A DNA stretch of 63,923 nucleotides, filler included, from an uncultured bacterium (GTDB taxonomy: Bacteria; CAZDME01; JAYEMH01), in assembly GCA_964506785.1 (NCBI GenBank). It is 5 parts of 5 records of this genome, joined end to end, with 100 filler letters (N's around TTAATTAATTAA, not from the genome) between each part and the next. Parts side by side here need not be neighbours in the genome. Positions count along the whole stretch, not along the records: positions 47,318 to 62,186 come from CAZDME010000032.1; 4 more parts are not named here. One strand, 5' to 3'. The position numbers and the translations under genes are program-made. Below, one piece after another: positions 51,053-60,878 of this stretch. Each line of letters begins with the position of its first letter. Within the stretch, counting starts at the first letter, position 1. The notes below the pieces were generated by a model that was given only the letters and a program-made list of their open reading frames with translations, was not told the origin of the DNA and searched no databases.

Positions 51053-51763
51053 ATGAAGTCTTTAGATAGTAGACGGATAATAGACGGTTTAGCTAAAATA
51101 AGCGGCGCGATTACCTCCGATTTGTATTTAGAAGATATTCTAAAACTGATTATCGCAGTAAGTGCCGAAGTCATGAATTCAAAGATATGTTCGCTTATGT
51201 TATTCGATAATTCTGGCAAAGAGCTTATAGTCAAAGCCACTCAGTCTGTGAGTAAGGAGTATAATAAAAAGCCCAATATAAAATTAGGAGAGGGAATTGC
51301 CGGAAAGGTGGCCAAAGAAGGCAGACCGATAACGGTTGTCGATGTGCGTCAGGATAAACGCTATATCAATTCAAATATCGCCAGAAAGGAGAAGCTTTGT
51401 TCTCTTTTATGCGTGCCCCTTATTTTCAAAGGTAGAATAATCGGTGTATTAAATAGTTATACCTCAAGGCTTCATAAATTTAGCGAGAATGAAATCAATA
51501 TCTTAGAATCGATAGCCAATCAGGCGGCTATTGTTATTGAAAACTTTAGATTGGTTGTCGAATCCAAGGTTATCAAAGAGGAATTAGAAGCAAGGAAAGC
51601 GATAGAAAGAGCAAAGGGTATTTTAATGAAACAAGAGAATTTAACAGAGGAAAGCGCTTATAATCTTGTCAGGAAATACAGTATGGATAACCGTAAGAGC
51701 ATGAGGGAAATATCAGAGGCAATCATATTAACTGAAGAAATGAAGAAGTCCTCGCAAAAATAA
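51053..51763 (+). CDS. GAF-ANTAR RNA-binding antiterminator
   Basis: GAF (LGEGIAGKVA, SLLCVPL) plus ANTAR (LEARKAIERAKGILM..EESAY..RKYSMDNRKSMREISEAII). Confidence 0.93.
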   Translation: MKSLDSRRIIDGLAKISGAITSDLYLEDILKLIIAVSAEVMNSKICSLMLFDNSGKELIVKATQSVSKEYNKKPNIKLGEGIAGKVAKEGRPITVVDVRQDKRYINSNIARKEKLCSLLCVPLIFKGRIIGVLNSYTSRLHKFSENEINILESIANQAAIVIENFRLVVESKVIKEELEARKAIERAKGILMKQENLTEESAYNLVRKYSMDNRKSMREISEAIILTEEMKKSSQK

Positions 51764-51777
51764 GACAAAAATAAATC

Positions 51778-51806
51778 TTGACAATCTCAGGGGGTTGTGG
51801 TATATT
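51778..51806 (+). promoter_or_regulatory. Sigma70 promoter of the sigma-factor gene
   Basis: TTGACA, 17 bp spacer, TG-n-TATATT. Confidence 0.8.
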
Positions 51807-51820
51807 TATCCCGGAAGCAG

Positions 51821-52101
51821 GGCACAGAGTCAGTGCCTAGAAAAGGGCGAGGCGGCGTTCGAAAGAACGCCTTTTTTAATAGGGCCGCAATTTACGGAAC
51901 GAAGTGAACGTAAATTGGGAGGCCGGATTAATCCCGAGCGGAGTCCTGGGCAAAACCAGGAATCTCAAACAGCCCTTTTTTCATAGTTAGAAAAAGCGGA
52001 TAAAGACGTCCTTTTTAGTAGCAAGGTCTGCTAGGAAGGGCGTTTTTCTTTTTGGAACAACGGCGTTCTACTGCCTTGAAAAGGTGAAGAACGCCTTTTT
52101 T
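51821..52101 (+). promoter_or_regulatory. Leader with three ANTAR-type dual-hairpin + terminator units
   Basis: P1 loops AGAGTCA (51826), ATAGTTA (51983), AAGGTCT (52023); P2 loops AAAGAC (52002), AACGGC (52059), first P2 degenerate; terminators with T runs ending near 51877, 52053, 52101. Confidence 0.8.
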
Positions 52102-52121
52102 ATTTTTGGGAGTGGTTGGAT

Positions 52122-52679
52122 ATGGATTTTGAGGGATTATTGGAAAAAATATCTCCAAGATTAAAAAGAATAGCAACGAAGTGTAATGGCCATGGTTCTT
52201 TCATTGATAAGGAAGACCTATACCAGGAGATGTGTATTTATCTATGGGAGAACTATCGAGAAGGGCAACCTTGCGGCATAAACGAAGCCTACATAGTGAA
52301 AGGTTGTGAATTCCATATATTGAACTACCTCAGGACGGAAAGAGAAAAGGCAAGAATTGTAAGTTTAGAAGAACCTATTAACGAGGAAGGAGATACCTTA
52401 AAGGATGTATTGCCGGACGGTAGAGAGTCATTGGATAAATTTATAGATAGGAAATTGGTTATCGAAGATATAAAAAATGACGGCTTCAGCAAGAGAGAAA
52501 AAGAAGTGTTTTTGCTTATATTGCAGGGCTATACGATACGAGAAATAGGAAAGAAATTAGATGTTTCGCATGTGATGGTCATCAAGCACAAACAGAGAAT
52601 AATTAAGAAGTGGCAGAAAAGGGAAGAAATACAGGTTACCAGCAGCCCCAAATATTTACTTTCTATAGTAGGAGCTTAA
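52122..52679 (+). CDS. Alternative RNA polymerase sigma-70 family factor (ECF/SigH-like, regions 2 and 4 only)
   Basis: DKEDLYQE..LWE (region 2), VSLEEPI, SKREKEVF..GYTIREIGKKLDVS (region 4 HTH). Confidence 0.88.
   Translation: MDFEGLLEKISPRLKRIATKCNGHGSFIDKEDLYQEMCIYLWENYREGQPCGINEAYIVKGCEFHILNYLRTEREKARIVSLEEPINEEGDTLKDVLPDGRESLDKFIDRKLVIEDIKNDGFSKREKEVFLLILQGYTIREIGKKLDVSHVMVIKHKQRIIKKWQKREEIQVTSSPKYLLSIVGA
52634..52661 (+). promoter_or_regulatory. Putative alternative-sigma promoter, copy 1 (amtB-glnK)
   Basis: GGTTACC-N14-TTTACTT with identical spacing at three loci. Confidence 0.75.
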
Positions 52680-52697
52680 AATTAGAAAATTGTAAAA

Positions 52698-52751
52698 GAC
52701 ACGTTGTTGTGTCAAAACAAAGGCGTTCTACAAAAGAACGCTTTTATTTTT
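52698..52751 (+). promoter_or_regulatory. ANTAR dual hairpin + terminator (amtB leader, unit 1)
   Basis: GACAC-GTTGTT-GTGTC; AAC-AAAGGC-GTT overlapping terminator GCGTTCT/AGAACGC-TTTT. Confidence 0.8.
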
Positions 52752-52760
52752 GACGGTTTA

Positions 52761-52841
52761 CCCCGTTAGAAATATTGGAAATAAAGGAAAAACTTTAAAG
52801 GGCGATGTTTCTAATGGAATGAGGTAGAGTTTCTAACGGGG
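52761..52841. mobile_element. Palindromic mini-element copy 3 (81 bp) in the amtB leader
   Basis: TTTA-CCCCGTTAGAAA...TTTCTAACGGGG-CTTA; degenerate inner end TTTCTAATGG. Confidence 0.8.
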
Positions 52842-52847
52842 CTTAGC

Positions 52848-52923
52848 TACGAAGTAAGTATTTATCTGGACGGAGGCGTCCAATTTAATGCCGCGATGGC
52901 AGGCAAGATTGGGCGCCTTTTTT
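52848..52923 (+). promoter_or_regulatory. ANTAR dual hairpin + terminator (amtB leader, unit 2)
   Basis: TAC-GAAGTAA-GTA; TGGAC-GGAGGC-GTCCA overlapping terminator GGCGTCCAATTT/AGATTGGGCGCC-T6. Confidence 0.75.
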
Positions 52924-52952
52924 GTTTGATGTGGAAAGGAGGAGGTAAAGAT

Positions 52953-54212
52953 ATGGAAGAGGCAATATATGCAAGTAGAGTAGGTTTAAATACGCTCTGG
53001 GTTTTGGTCGCCGCTTTTTTAGTTTTTTTTATGCAGGCTGGATTTGGTATGGTCGAGGCTGGATTTATCCGGGCTAAAAATACCTGTAATATCCTTACCA
53101 AGAATTTTCTTGATTTCTGCATGGCCTCCCTGGGTTTTTTTATGTTTGGCTACGCAATTATGTTTGGTTCCGGGAATAGCTTATTTGGCCTAAAAGGATG
53201 GTTTTTGGTAGGGGCTGAATCGGGAGCAGATATACCTCTATATGCATTCTGGCTTTTCCAGGCAGCGTTCTGTGGTGCCGCGGCAACTATAGTGGCTGGC
53301 GGAATGGCTGAAAGGATGAAGTTCTCAGCTTATTTAATATATTCCTTTATTATATCGGCTTTTCTTTATCCGATTGTTGGGCACTGGATTTGGGGAGGCG
53401 GCTGGCTGGCAAGATTAAATTTTGCTGATTTTGCCGGTTCTACAGTTGTCCATACCGTAGGAGGATTCGCCGCTTTAGTCGGGACAATTATTTTAAAACC
53501 GAGAATAGGAAAGTATAAACCAGACGGCACGGCTAATGTTATCGCCGGGCATTCTATCCCTCTTGCATCGTTAGGTGTGTTTATTCTATGGTTTGGTTGG
53601 TTTGGATTTAATCCCGGCTCCACACTGGGAGTTGGTAATGGAGACCTTATAGCCCGAGTGGCAATTAATACTAATTTAGCAGCGGCAATGGGTGGAATAT
53701 TGGCTATGGGTATAGTCTGGAAGATGTTTGGAAAACCCGATTTATCTATGGCAATGAATGGAGCTTTGGCAGGACTGGTAGCCATTACCGCTCCTTGTGC
53801 ATTTGTTGAGCCTTGGGCAGCTATTGTCATAGGAGCTATCGGAGGCATTATTGTAGTTTTAGGTGTCGTGGTGTTGGATAAATTTAAAGTCGATGACCCT
53901 GTGGGCGCGGTTGCCGTCCATGGTTTTAATGGAATATGGGGAACCCTGGCTATAGGTTTATTCGGAGAGAAGGCATTGGGTTTAGCAAATAACGGGCTAT
54001 TTTATGGCGGCGGCTTTAAACAGCTTGGAATACAGGCTCTGGGGGTTTTGACCGTAGTCCTGTTTATTATAGTTACTATGGGAGCTGTCTTTAAATTAAT
54101 AGATATCTTTATCGGCCTTAGAGTTTCCAGAGAAGAAGAACTAAAAGGATTAGATATCGGCGAGCACGGCATGGAGTCTTATGCCGGCTTCCAGATATTT
54201 ACTACAGAGTGA
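52953..54212 (+). CDS. amtB: Ammonium transporter
   Basis: [52 protein letters not shown] before ATG 52953. Confidence 0.96.
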   Translation: MEEAIYASRVGLNTLWVLVAAFLVFFMQAGFGMVEAGFIRAKNTCNILTKNFLDFCMASLGFFMFGYAIMFGSGNSLFGLKGWFLVGAESGADIPLYAFWLFQAAFCGAAATIVAGGMAERMKFSAYLIYSFIISAFLYPIVGHWIWGGGWLARLNFADFAGSTVVHTVGGFAALVGTIILKPRIGKYKPDGTANVIAGHSIPLASLGVFILWFGWFGFNPGSTLGVGNGDLIARVAINTNLAAAMGGILAMGIVWKMFGKPDLSMAMNGALAGLVAITAPCAFVEPWAAIVIGAIGGIIVVLGVVVLDKFKVDDPVGAVAVHGFNGIWGTLAIGLFGEKALGLANNGLFYGGGFKQLGIQALGVLTVVLFIIVTMGAVFKLIDIFIGLRVSREEELKGLDIGEHGMESYAGFQIFTTE

Positions 54213-54231
54213 TGAAGGGAGGGTAAAGAAG

Positions 54232-54573
54232 ATGAAATTAATAATCGTAATGATACAACCACATAAATTACCTGATGTCAAAAAGGCGCTATATGATGCC
54301 GAGGTTTATAAAATGACAGTTAGTAATGCTTTGGGATGCGGCCAGCAAAAAGGCTATACCGAAACTTATAGAGGTGTTATTCACGAAGTCAATCTACTTA
54401 AAAAAGTGAGATTAGAGATAGCCGTTAATGAGGATTTTGTCCAGCCAACCATTGATGCCATCATTAAAGGCGCCAAGACCGGCAATATCGGCGATGGCAA
54501 GATATTTATTTTGGATTTGCCCGAGTGTATACGAATCAGGACAGCTGAGCGTGGAGGGAAGGCTATTGGATAA
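54232..54573 (+). CDS. glnK: P-II nitrogen regulator
   Basis: G.GQQKG...[17 protein letters not shown]; directly after amtB. Confidence 0.92.
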   Translation: MKLIIVMIQPHKLPDVKKALYDAEVYKMTVSNALGCGQQKGYTETYRGVIHEVNLLKKVRLEIAVNEDFVQPTIDAIIKGAKTGNIGDGKIFILDLPECIRIRTAERGGKAIG

Positions 54574-54612
54574 TACTAAAATGGAGGTGGTCGGCAAGCT
54601 CGCCATCTTTCG

Positions 54613-54686
54613 CCCTTCGATTCCACTCAGGACGAACACTGAACGAAGTCGAATGTGTTCGGGCCATCTTGAGCAAAATCGAAAGG
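54613..54686. repeat. REP-like interspersed palindrome (CCCTTCGA...CTCAGG / CTGA..TCGAA)
   Basis: Nested inverted repeats; related sequence at 5091-5127. Confidence 0.55.
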
Positions 54687-54712
54687 TTACCAAAAAGGGC
54701 GATTTTTTACTT
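54685..54712 (+). promoter_or_regulatory. Putative alternative-sigma promoter, copy 2 (glnA-GOGAT operon)
   Basis: GGTTACC-N14-TTTACTT. Confidence 0.75.
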
Positions 54713-54733
54713 AACATAGTAGAGCAAAGAGCG

Positions 54734-54812
54734 AGAGCACAGGGTTTGTGCTCTTTAGTATCAATGACAAAGATGTTCTAAGCGGTGTTGCGCTTGGAAC
54801 GTCTTTTTTTTT
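54734..54812 (+). promoter_or_regulatory. ANTAR dual hairpin + terminator (glnA leader)
   Basis: AGAGCAC-AGGGTTT-GTGCTCT; GAC-AAAGAT-GTT overlapping terminator AGATGTTCTAAGCG/CGCTTGGAACGTCT plus T run. Confidence 0.85.
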
Positions 54813-54828
54813 AAAAAGGAGGGAAGAA

Positions 54829-56163
54829 ATGGCTAAAAAGACAAAAGAAGAAATTTTAAAAGTAGTAAAAGAACAAGATGTGAAGTTTATCCGTCTCTGG
54901 TTTACAGATATCTTGGGCCAGGTGAAAAGCTTTGCCATTACCGATGGCGAATTAAAAAATGCCTTGGAGAATGGAATGGGATTTGACGGGTCCTCAATAA
55001 CGGGTTATCAGTCTATCGAAGAAAGCGATATGTTAGCCGTGCCAGACCCAGCCACTTTTCAGATTCTTCCCTGGAGACCGCAGGAAAAAAAGGTTGCCAG
55101 GATGATTTGTGATATTCTTACGCCTGAGAGAAAACCTTATGAGGGAGACCCGCGTTATGTTTTAAAAAGAGCTTTAGAACGAATGAAAAAAATGGGATTT
55201 AATCATTATTATCTGGGGCCAGAATTGGAATATTTCTACTTCAAGAATAATGCCTCAAGCACCGATATACTGGATAAGGGAGGGTATTTCGATTTAACTA
55301 CTCTGGATGTGGCCAGCGACCTTCGCCGGGATACAATCCTGGCTTTGGAATCCATGGGTATTCCAATAGAATACTCCCACCATGAAGTAGGTCCAAGCCA
55401 ACACGAGATTGATATGAGATACACCGATGCCCTACAGATGGCCGACCATGTTATTACTTACCGAATAGTTGTCAAAGAGATAGCCCAGAAATATGGAGTC
55501 TATGCTACGTTTATGCCAAAGCCTTTGTTCGGCCAAAACGGAAGTGGAATGCATACGCACCAGTCTTTGTTTAAAGGCGACAAAAACGCCTTCTTTGACA
55601 AAGATAATAAGTACCATCTATCCGATACAGCCAATAAATTTATTGCCGGTCAGCTCAGGCATGCGCGAGAAATGAGTGCTATTTTTGCGCAATGGGTGAA
55701 TTCATATAAGAGGCTTGTTCCAGGATACGAGGCGCCGGTTTATATCGCTTGGTCAAAAAGAAACCGTTCAGCTCTAATTCGCGTACCCGTATACCACCCA
55801 GGCAAGGAGAAAGCTACACGGGCCGAACTTAGATGTCCCGACCCAGCCTGCAACCCTTACCTTACCTTTGCGGTAATGCTTCAGGCAGGGCTGGAAGGGG
55901 TAGAGCGAAAATACAAACTTCCCGAGCCGATGGAAAAAAATCTATATCATTTATCCAGCGAAGAAAGAAAGGAGTTGGGTATCGAATCTCTGCCTGACAG
56001 TTTAGGAGAAGCGGTTCTCATTACCGAAGGAAGCGGGCTTGTTAAGAAGGCTTTAGGGGACCATGTGTTTACGAGATTCATAACATTGAAAAAAAAGGAC
56101 TGGGAAAATTATAGAATACAGGTTACAAAGTATGAGCTGGACAATTTTCTCCCTATATTATAA
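54829..56163 (+). CDS. glnA: Glutamine synthetase type I (copy 2, regulated)
   Basis: FDGSSI, EESDM, HHEVG, TFMPKP, NGSGMH, SYKRL, NRSALIR; AGGAGG RBS before ATG 54829. Confidence 0.96.
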   Translation: MAKKTKEEILKVVKEQDVKFIRLWFTDILGQVKSFAITDGELKNALENGMGFDGSSITGYQSIEESDMLAVPDPATFQILPWRPQEKKVARMICDILTPERKPYEGDPRYVLKRALERMKKMGFNHYYLGPELEYFYFKNNASSTDILDKGGYFDLTTLDVASDLRRDTILALESMGIPIEYSHHEVGPSQHEIDMRYTDALQMADHVITYRIVVKEIAQKYGVYATFMPKPLFGQNGSGMHTHQSLFKGDKNAFFDKDNKYHLSDTANKFIAGQLRHAREMSAIFAQWVNSYKRLVPGYEAPVYIAWSKRNRSALIRVPVYHPGKEKATRAELRCPDPACNPYLTFAVMLQAGLEGVERKYKLPEPMEKNLYHLSSEERKELGIESLPDSLGEAVLITEGSGLVKKALGDHVFTRFITLKKKDWENYRIQVTKYELDNFLPIL

Positions 56164-56282
56164 ATGATAATAATTATTAAGTATATCCCATCGTTTTTCC
56201 ATTGAGCAGAAAGGGAAAAAATAGAATAATAAAAAAATTTATCTCATCGTGCTTAAATTTTAGGCATGAAGATAACGGAGAT

Positions 56283-57446
56283 ATGATGGAGGCTAAAGTT
56301 AAATTCCAAGAAAAGGACATAAGCGGCTGTGCCATAGTCGGCATAATGGATAAAACGGGCAAAAGGTCTTCTGGTAAAGATATTATTACCTCAATTGCCT
56401 CTATGCGCGACCGTGCCAATGGCTTAGGCGGCGGATTTGCCGCTTATGGAATTTATCCCGAACACAGAAACGACTGGTGTTTTCATATGATGTTTGAGAA
56501 TAAATCCAGCCTGGTTCAGACGGAAGAATATCTTAAGGATAATTATAAAATAGTAAAAGATGGGATTATACCTACAAGAGAAGATAAATCCATAAGGTAT
56601 CGGCCTCTACTATGGCGGTATTTTCTGCAACTCAAGGTAGAAAAGACAAAGCTATATTACGATTTAACAGAAGAAGATTTTGTGGTGAAGACAGTAATGG
56701 AGATAAACACCAAAATCCCCGGGGCTTTTGTCGCCTCGAGCGGTAAAAATATGGGCATATTTAAAGGAGTGGGGTATCCAGAAGATATCGGAAGATTTTA
56801 CAGATTAGAGGAATACGAAGCCTATATCTGGACAGCGCACGGTCGGTTCCCTACAAATACAGTCGGTTGGTGGGGGGGGGCGCATCCCTTTGGCCTTCTG
56901 GATTGGTCGGTTGTGCATAACGGAGAGATTTCCTCTTATGGAATTAATAAAAGGTTTCTGCTAAATTACGGATATATCTGTGCATTTTTTACTGATACCG
57001 AAGTGATAACTTATCTTTTTGACCTTTTGGTTAGAAAACATAACCTTTCTTTTGAGGTAGTCGCAGATATACTGGCAGCTCCCTTTTGGGACGAAATAGA
57101 CCCCGTTAGAAATACCAATGGGTCTAATAAAAGAGAAAGAATTTCTAACGGGGTAGAAAGGCAGCCACAGGGAAAAAAAGAATTTCTAAAGGCACTTCGT
57201 ATAATTTATGGCAGCGCCCTGGTTAATGGCCCTTTTAGTGTTATTCTTGCCAATTCCTCTACTATGGTAGGGTTAAACGACCGAATAAAGCTTCGGCCTT
57301 TGGTGGCGGCAACTTCGGGCGATAAAGTTTATATTGCCTCTGAAGAATCAGCCATCCGGGAGGTTTGTCCTGGCCCGGATAAAGTGTGGATGCCTGAGGC
57401 AGGAAAGCCAGTTGTCGGCAGGCTTATTGAGGTAGAAAATGGCTAA
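56283..57446 (+). CDS. Class II glutamine amidotransferase, GOGAT subunit (GlxB/GltB1-like)
   Basis: GCAIVG N-terminal Cys, R.NGLGGG, HGRFPTN, HPF, HNGE, TDTE, DRIKLRP. Confidence 0.9.
   Translation: MMEAKVKFQEKDISGCAIVGIMDKTGKRSSGKDIITSIASMRDRANGLGGGFAAYGIYPEHRNDWCFHMMFENKSSLVQTEEYLKDNYKIVKDGIIPTREDKSIRYRPLLWRYFLQLKVEKTKLYYDLTEEDFVVKTVMEINTKIPGAFVASSGKNMGIFKGVGYPEDIGRFYRLEEYEAYIWTAHGRFPTNTVGWWGGAHPFGLLDWSVVHNGEISSYGINKRFLLNYGYICAFFTDTEVITYLFDLLVRKHNLSFEVVADILAAPFWDEIDPVRNTNGSNKRERISNGVERQPQGKKEFLKALRIIYGSALVNGPFSVILANSSTMVGLNDRIKLRPLVAATSGDKVYIASEESAIREVCPGPDKVWMPEAGKPVVGRLIEVENG
57101..57153. mobile_element. Palindromic mini-element copy 4 (53 bp), in frame within the amidotransferase
   Basis: TAGA-CCCCGTTAGAAAT...ATTTCTAACGGGG-TAGA; 53+4=57 bp; adds [19 protein letters not shown]. 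Confidence 0.9.
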
Positions 57447-59007
57447 GAGACCGATACCCCCAGAATTTATTGTAGAAAGAGACGATGAGAAATGCGTTGC
57501 CTGTCAGGCTTGCGTTAGGATGTGTGCTAATGATGTACATTCATACGATCCTGAGACTGATACAATATCGTCTGACAGCGCCGAATGCGTTGGCTGTCAT
57601 TTTTGTGAAACTTTCTGTCCTGCTGGCGCGATTACAATAAAACGCAATCCCTCTGAGTTTAAACTAAATGCTAACTGGAATGCCCAGGTAATCAAAAATA
57701 TTACTAAACAGGCAGAAACCGGGGGAGTGTTACTTACCGGAATGGGCTCTGATAAGCCTTATCCAATTTACTGGGACCATATTGTCCTTAATGCTTCACA
57801 GGTAACTAATCCTTCAATCGATCCTTTGCGTGAACCAATGGAGCTGCGTACTTATATCGGAAGGAAGCCGGACAGAATCGAATTTAGCAGTCAGAAAACA
57901 GAAGACAGAAATCAGAAAAAGAAAAAGGAAGAGAATCTGTCGCCTGACATCTGTCATCTGACATCCGGGATTCCGCCACAACTAAAATTAGAGACTCCGA
58001 TTTTATTCAGTGCAATGAGTTATGGTTCAATAAGTCTTAATGCTTGCAAGTCGCTTGCCAGAGCGGCGCAAGAAATGAGGACTTTTTATAATACCGGTGA
58101 AGGCGGACTTCATAAAGAGCTGTATAAATACGGTCCTAACACGATTATCCAGGTAGCTTCGGGAAGATTTGGAGTGCATAAGGAATATTTGGAAGCAGGT
58201 TCTGCGATTGAGATAAAAATTGGCCAGGGGGCAAAGCCTGGAATTGGCGGGCATTTGCCAGGAGAAAAGGTGTCGGAAGAAATCAGCCAGACCAGAATGA
58301 TACCGGTTGGGACCGATGCCTTGTCTCCCGCGCCTCACCATGACATTTATTCCATAGAGGATTTGAAGCAGTTAATCTTTGCCTTGAAAGAAGCGACACG
58401 ATATAAAAAACCAGTAGGGGTGAAAATCTCTGCGGTGCATAATGTCGCTCCTATTGCCTCCGGTATAGTCAGGGCAGGGGCAGATTTTGTCGCCATAGAT
58501 GGTTTACGAGGCGGAACAGGAGCGGCTCCGCAAGTTATAAGAGATAATGTTGGCATTCCTATCGAGTTGGCAATTGCCGCAGTAGACCAACGCCTGCGAG
58601 AGGAAGGTATCAGGAATCAGGCATCTTTGATTGCCGGTGGAGGTATAAGGTCCAGTTCCGACGCGATCAAGGCTATTGCTTTAGGAGCAGATGCCGTTTA
58701 TATCGGTACGGCCGCTTTAGTGGCGATGGGGTGTAACCTCTGTCAGAAATGTTATACAGGGAAATGTAACTGGGGCATTGCCACCCAGGACCCTTATCTT
58801 ACTAAAAGGCTTAATCCAGATATAGGTGCGCAAAGATTGGTTAATTTGTTGCGTGCCTGGAGTTTAGAGATAAAGGAGATGCTCGGCGGCATGGGTATAA
58901 ATGCTATCGAGAGTTTAAGAGGCAACAGAGAACAGCTCAGAGGTATAGGACTGTCCGATACAGACTTGAAATTATTGGGCATAAAAGCGGCAGGTGAGGC
59001 ATGGTAA
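57439..59007 (+). CDS. FMN-binding glutamate synthase subunit with N-terminal 2x[4Fe-4S] (GlxD/GltB2-like)
   Basis: [48 protein letters not shown], Cx2Cx2Cx4C. Confidence 0.93.
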   Translation: MAKRPIPPEFIVERDDEKCVACQACVRMCANDVHSYDPETDTISSDSAECVGCHFCETFCPAGAITIKRNPSEFKLNANWNAQVIKNITKQAETGGVLLTGMGSDKPYPIYWDHIVLNASQVTNPSIDPLREPMELRTYIGRKPDRIEFSSQKTEDRNQKKKKEENLSPDICHLTSGIPPQLKLETPILFSAMSYGSISLNACKSLARAAQEMRTFYNTGEGGLHKELYKYGPNTIIQVASGRFGVHKEYLEAGSAIEIKIGQGAKPGIGGHLPGEKVSEEISQTRMIPVGTDALSPAPHHDIYSIEDLKQLIFALKEATRYKKPVGVKISAVHNVAPIASGIVRAGADFVAIDGLRGGTGAAPQVIRDNVGIPIELAIAAVDQRLREEGIRNQASLIAGGGIRSSSDAIKAIALGADAVYIGTAALVAMGCNLCQKCYTGKCNWGIATQDPYLTKRLNPDIGAQRLVNLLRAWSLEIKEMLGGMGINAIESLRGNREQLRGIGLSDTDLKLLGIKAAGEAW

Positions 59008-59103
59008 CGCGCCTTCGGCGCGAGTTTTCAGTTGACAGTTAACAGAAGACAGAAAACAGCAAAGTGTAAACACGTCTTGTGAACAATACAATAGAGAAAA
59101 GAG

Positions 59104-59547
59104 ATGAAGAAGATAATAATCAGAGAAGAATATTGTATGGGATGCAGACTTTGCGAAGTTCATTGCCTGGTGCAGCATTCTAAAACGAAGAATATAATCA
59201 AGGCATACAAAGGAGAATATCCGAAACCAACTCCAAGAATTATCGTGGAAGAAAAAGGGTATGTTTCATTTGCGCTTCAGTGCCGGCATTGTGAAGATGC
59301 CCCATGTTTAGAGGCCTGCATAACAGGCGCACTGTATCGGGATAAAAAAATAGGGGCGGTTCTTTTAGACGAAGATAAATGTGTAGGCTGCTGGATGTGC
59401 ATTATGGTTTGTCCATTCGGGGTGATATCAAGAAATGTAGAAGGGAAAAAGATAGCTTCTAAATGTGACTTATGTATGGGGGAAGAAATACCCGTTTGCG
59501 TGAAAAATTGTCCTAACGGAGCGATAGTTTACGAGGAAAAGAAATGA
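59104..59547 (+). CDS. 4Fe-4S dicluster protein (HydN/CooF-like), GOGAT electron-transfer partner
   Basis: Four Cys cluster motifs; KCDLC. Confidence 0.9.
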   Translation: MKKIIIREEYCMGCRLCEVHCLVQHSKTKNIIKAYKGEYPKPTPRIIVEEKGYVSFALQCRHCEDAPCLEACITGALYRDKKIGAVLLDEDKCVGCWMCIMVCPFGVISRNVEGKKIASKCDLCMGEEIPVCVKNCPNGAIVYEEKK

Positions 59548-60878
59548 ACCCCGTTAGAAATCAAAATAACCCTGTAAGAAAACAAGATATTTCTAACGGG
59601 GTGAATTATGTAATTATTGGTAATTCGGCAAGTGGAATTGCATCCGTAGAAGCAATTCGCGAGTATGATAGGAAGGGTAAAATAACCGTTATATCTAATG
59701 AGGCGCAATTTAATTATTCACGGCCCTTAATATCGTATCTTTTAGGGAAAAAGGTGCCGATGGAGAGGATGCCTTTCCAGGCGAGAGATTTTTATAAGGA
59801 TAATAAAATAGATTTGATTTTAAATAAGGAAGCAACAAAATTGGATTTGGAAAGAAAATATGTAATTTTAGCCGATGGAGGAAAAATCCCTTTCGATAAG
59901 CTGCTTATTGCCACAGGAGGTAGACCGATTGTACCCGAAATTAAAGGGATGAATCTAAACGGGGTATTTACTTTTACCAATCTCGACGATGCCCAAAGGA
60001 TAGAAAGGCATATCAAGGCCAACAGGGTTAAAAGAGCGGTTGTCTTAGGAGGTGGGCTGATAGGGCTGAAAGCAACAGAGGCTCTTATCGAATTAAAGAT
60101 TAAAATTGCTATTGTAGAACTTGCGGATAGAATTTTATCGGCAACCTTTGACCGAAAGGCTTCACGTATAATCGAAACTGCTTTGGAAAAAATAGATTGC
60201 CGCGTTATTGCCAATAATACGATTGTCGAGATAAAAGGCAGGAACAATCAGGTGGAAGAGGTGATTCTAAAAGACAAGAAGAGAATCCCGGCAGAATTGG
60301 TTATCATTGCAATCGGCGTCAGCCCTAACGTGGAATTGGCGAAGAATAGCTCTATAAAGATGAATAAAGGTGTCCTGGCAGATAATTTTATGCGGACAAA
60401 TATCTTGGATGTTTATGCGGCCGGCGACTGCTCGGAAGCACGAGATTGTCTTTTAGGCAAAAATCGCCCTATTGCCATTTGGCCGGTGGCAAAAAGGCAA
60501 GGCAAAATTGCAGGTTTCAATATGGCCGGAATGAAAAGAGAATATCAGGGAAGTTTTGCCATGAACTCTGTAGAGCTATGCGGTATTCCTACTATTTCTT
60601 TAGGACAAACACTGTCTGAAGGAAAGGACTGCCGGATTTTAGAGCATTTTGATAAAAACAAGGCTATATACAAGAAGATTGTTCTAAAAAAGGGAATGAT
60701 TATCGGTATTATTTTCGTAAATGATATTGAGCGGGCAGGAATTTACGCCGGCCTTATTAAAGATAAGGTTGATGTAAGTGGTTTCCAAGAAAATCTTTTA
60801 AAAGAAGATTTTGGATTTATCAGTTTGCCCAAGGGATACAGAAAGCATCTGGTAACCGGAGAGGTCTCGACATTATGA
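59544..60878 (+). CDS. FAD/NAD(P)-dependent oxidoreductase (NirB-like N-domain), GOGAT partner
   Basis: IIGNSASG, DKLLIATG, LGGGLIG, YAAGD. Confidence 0.9.
   Translation: MNPVRNQNNPVRKQDISNGVNYVIIGNSASGIASVEAIREYDRKGKITVISNEAQFNYSRPLISYLLGKKVPMERMPFQARDFYKDNKIDLILNKEATKLDLERKYVILADGGKIPFDKLLIATGGRPIVPEIKGMNLNGVFTFTNLDDAQRIERHIKANRVKRAVVLGGGLIGLKATEALIELKIKIAIVELADRILSATFDRKASRIIETALEKIDCRVIANNTIVEIKGRNNQVEEVILKDKKRIPAELVIIAIGVSPNVELAKNSSIKMNKGVLADNFMRTNILDVYAAGDCSEARDCLLGKNRPIAIWPVAKRQGKIAGFNMAGMKREYQGSFAMNSVELCGIPTISLGQTLSEGKDCRILEHFDKNKAIYKKIVLKKGMIIGIIFVNDIERAGIYAGLIKDKVDVSGFQENLLKEDFGFISLPKGYRKHLVTGEVSTL
59549..59601. mobile_element. Palindromic mini-element copy 5 (53 bp), in frame at the oxidoreductase N-terminus
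   Basis: TGAA-CCCCGTTAGAAAT...ATTTCTAACGGGG-TGAA; removal gives MNYVIIG. Confidence 0.9.

Noticed and set aside
51778-52923. Recurrent GGCGTTC/GAACGCC segments considered as CRISPR repeats
   Set aside because: Irregular spacing, short length, no cas genes; explained by ANTAR P2 and terminator arms
52896-52952. Extended N-termini in the ORF track for amtB (52896), glnK (54181), glnA (54748) and the amidotransferase (56202)
   Set aside because: They run through terminators, the upstream gene or intergenic DNA; downstream ATGs have proper RBSs
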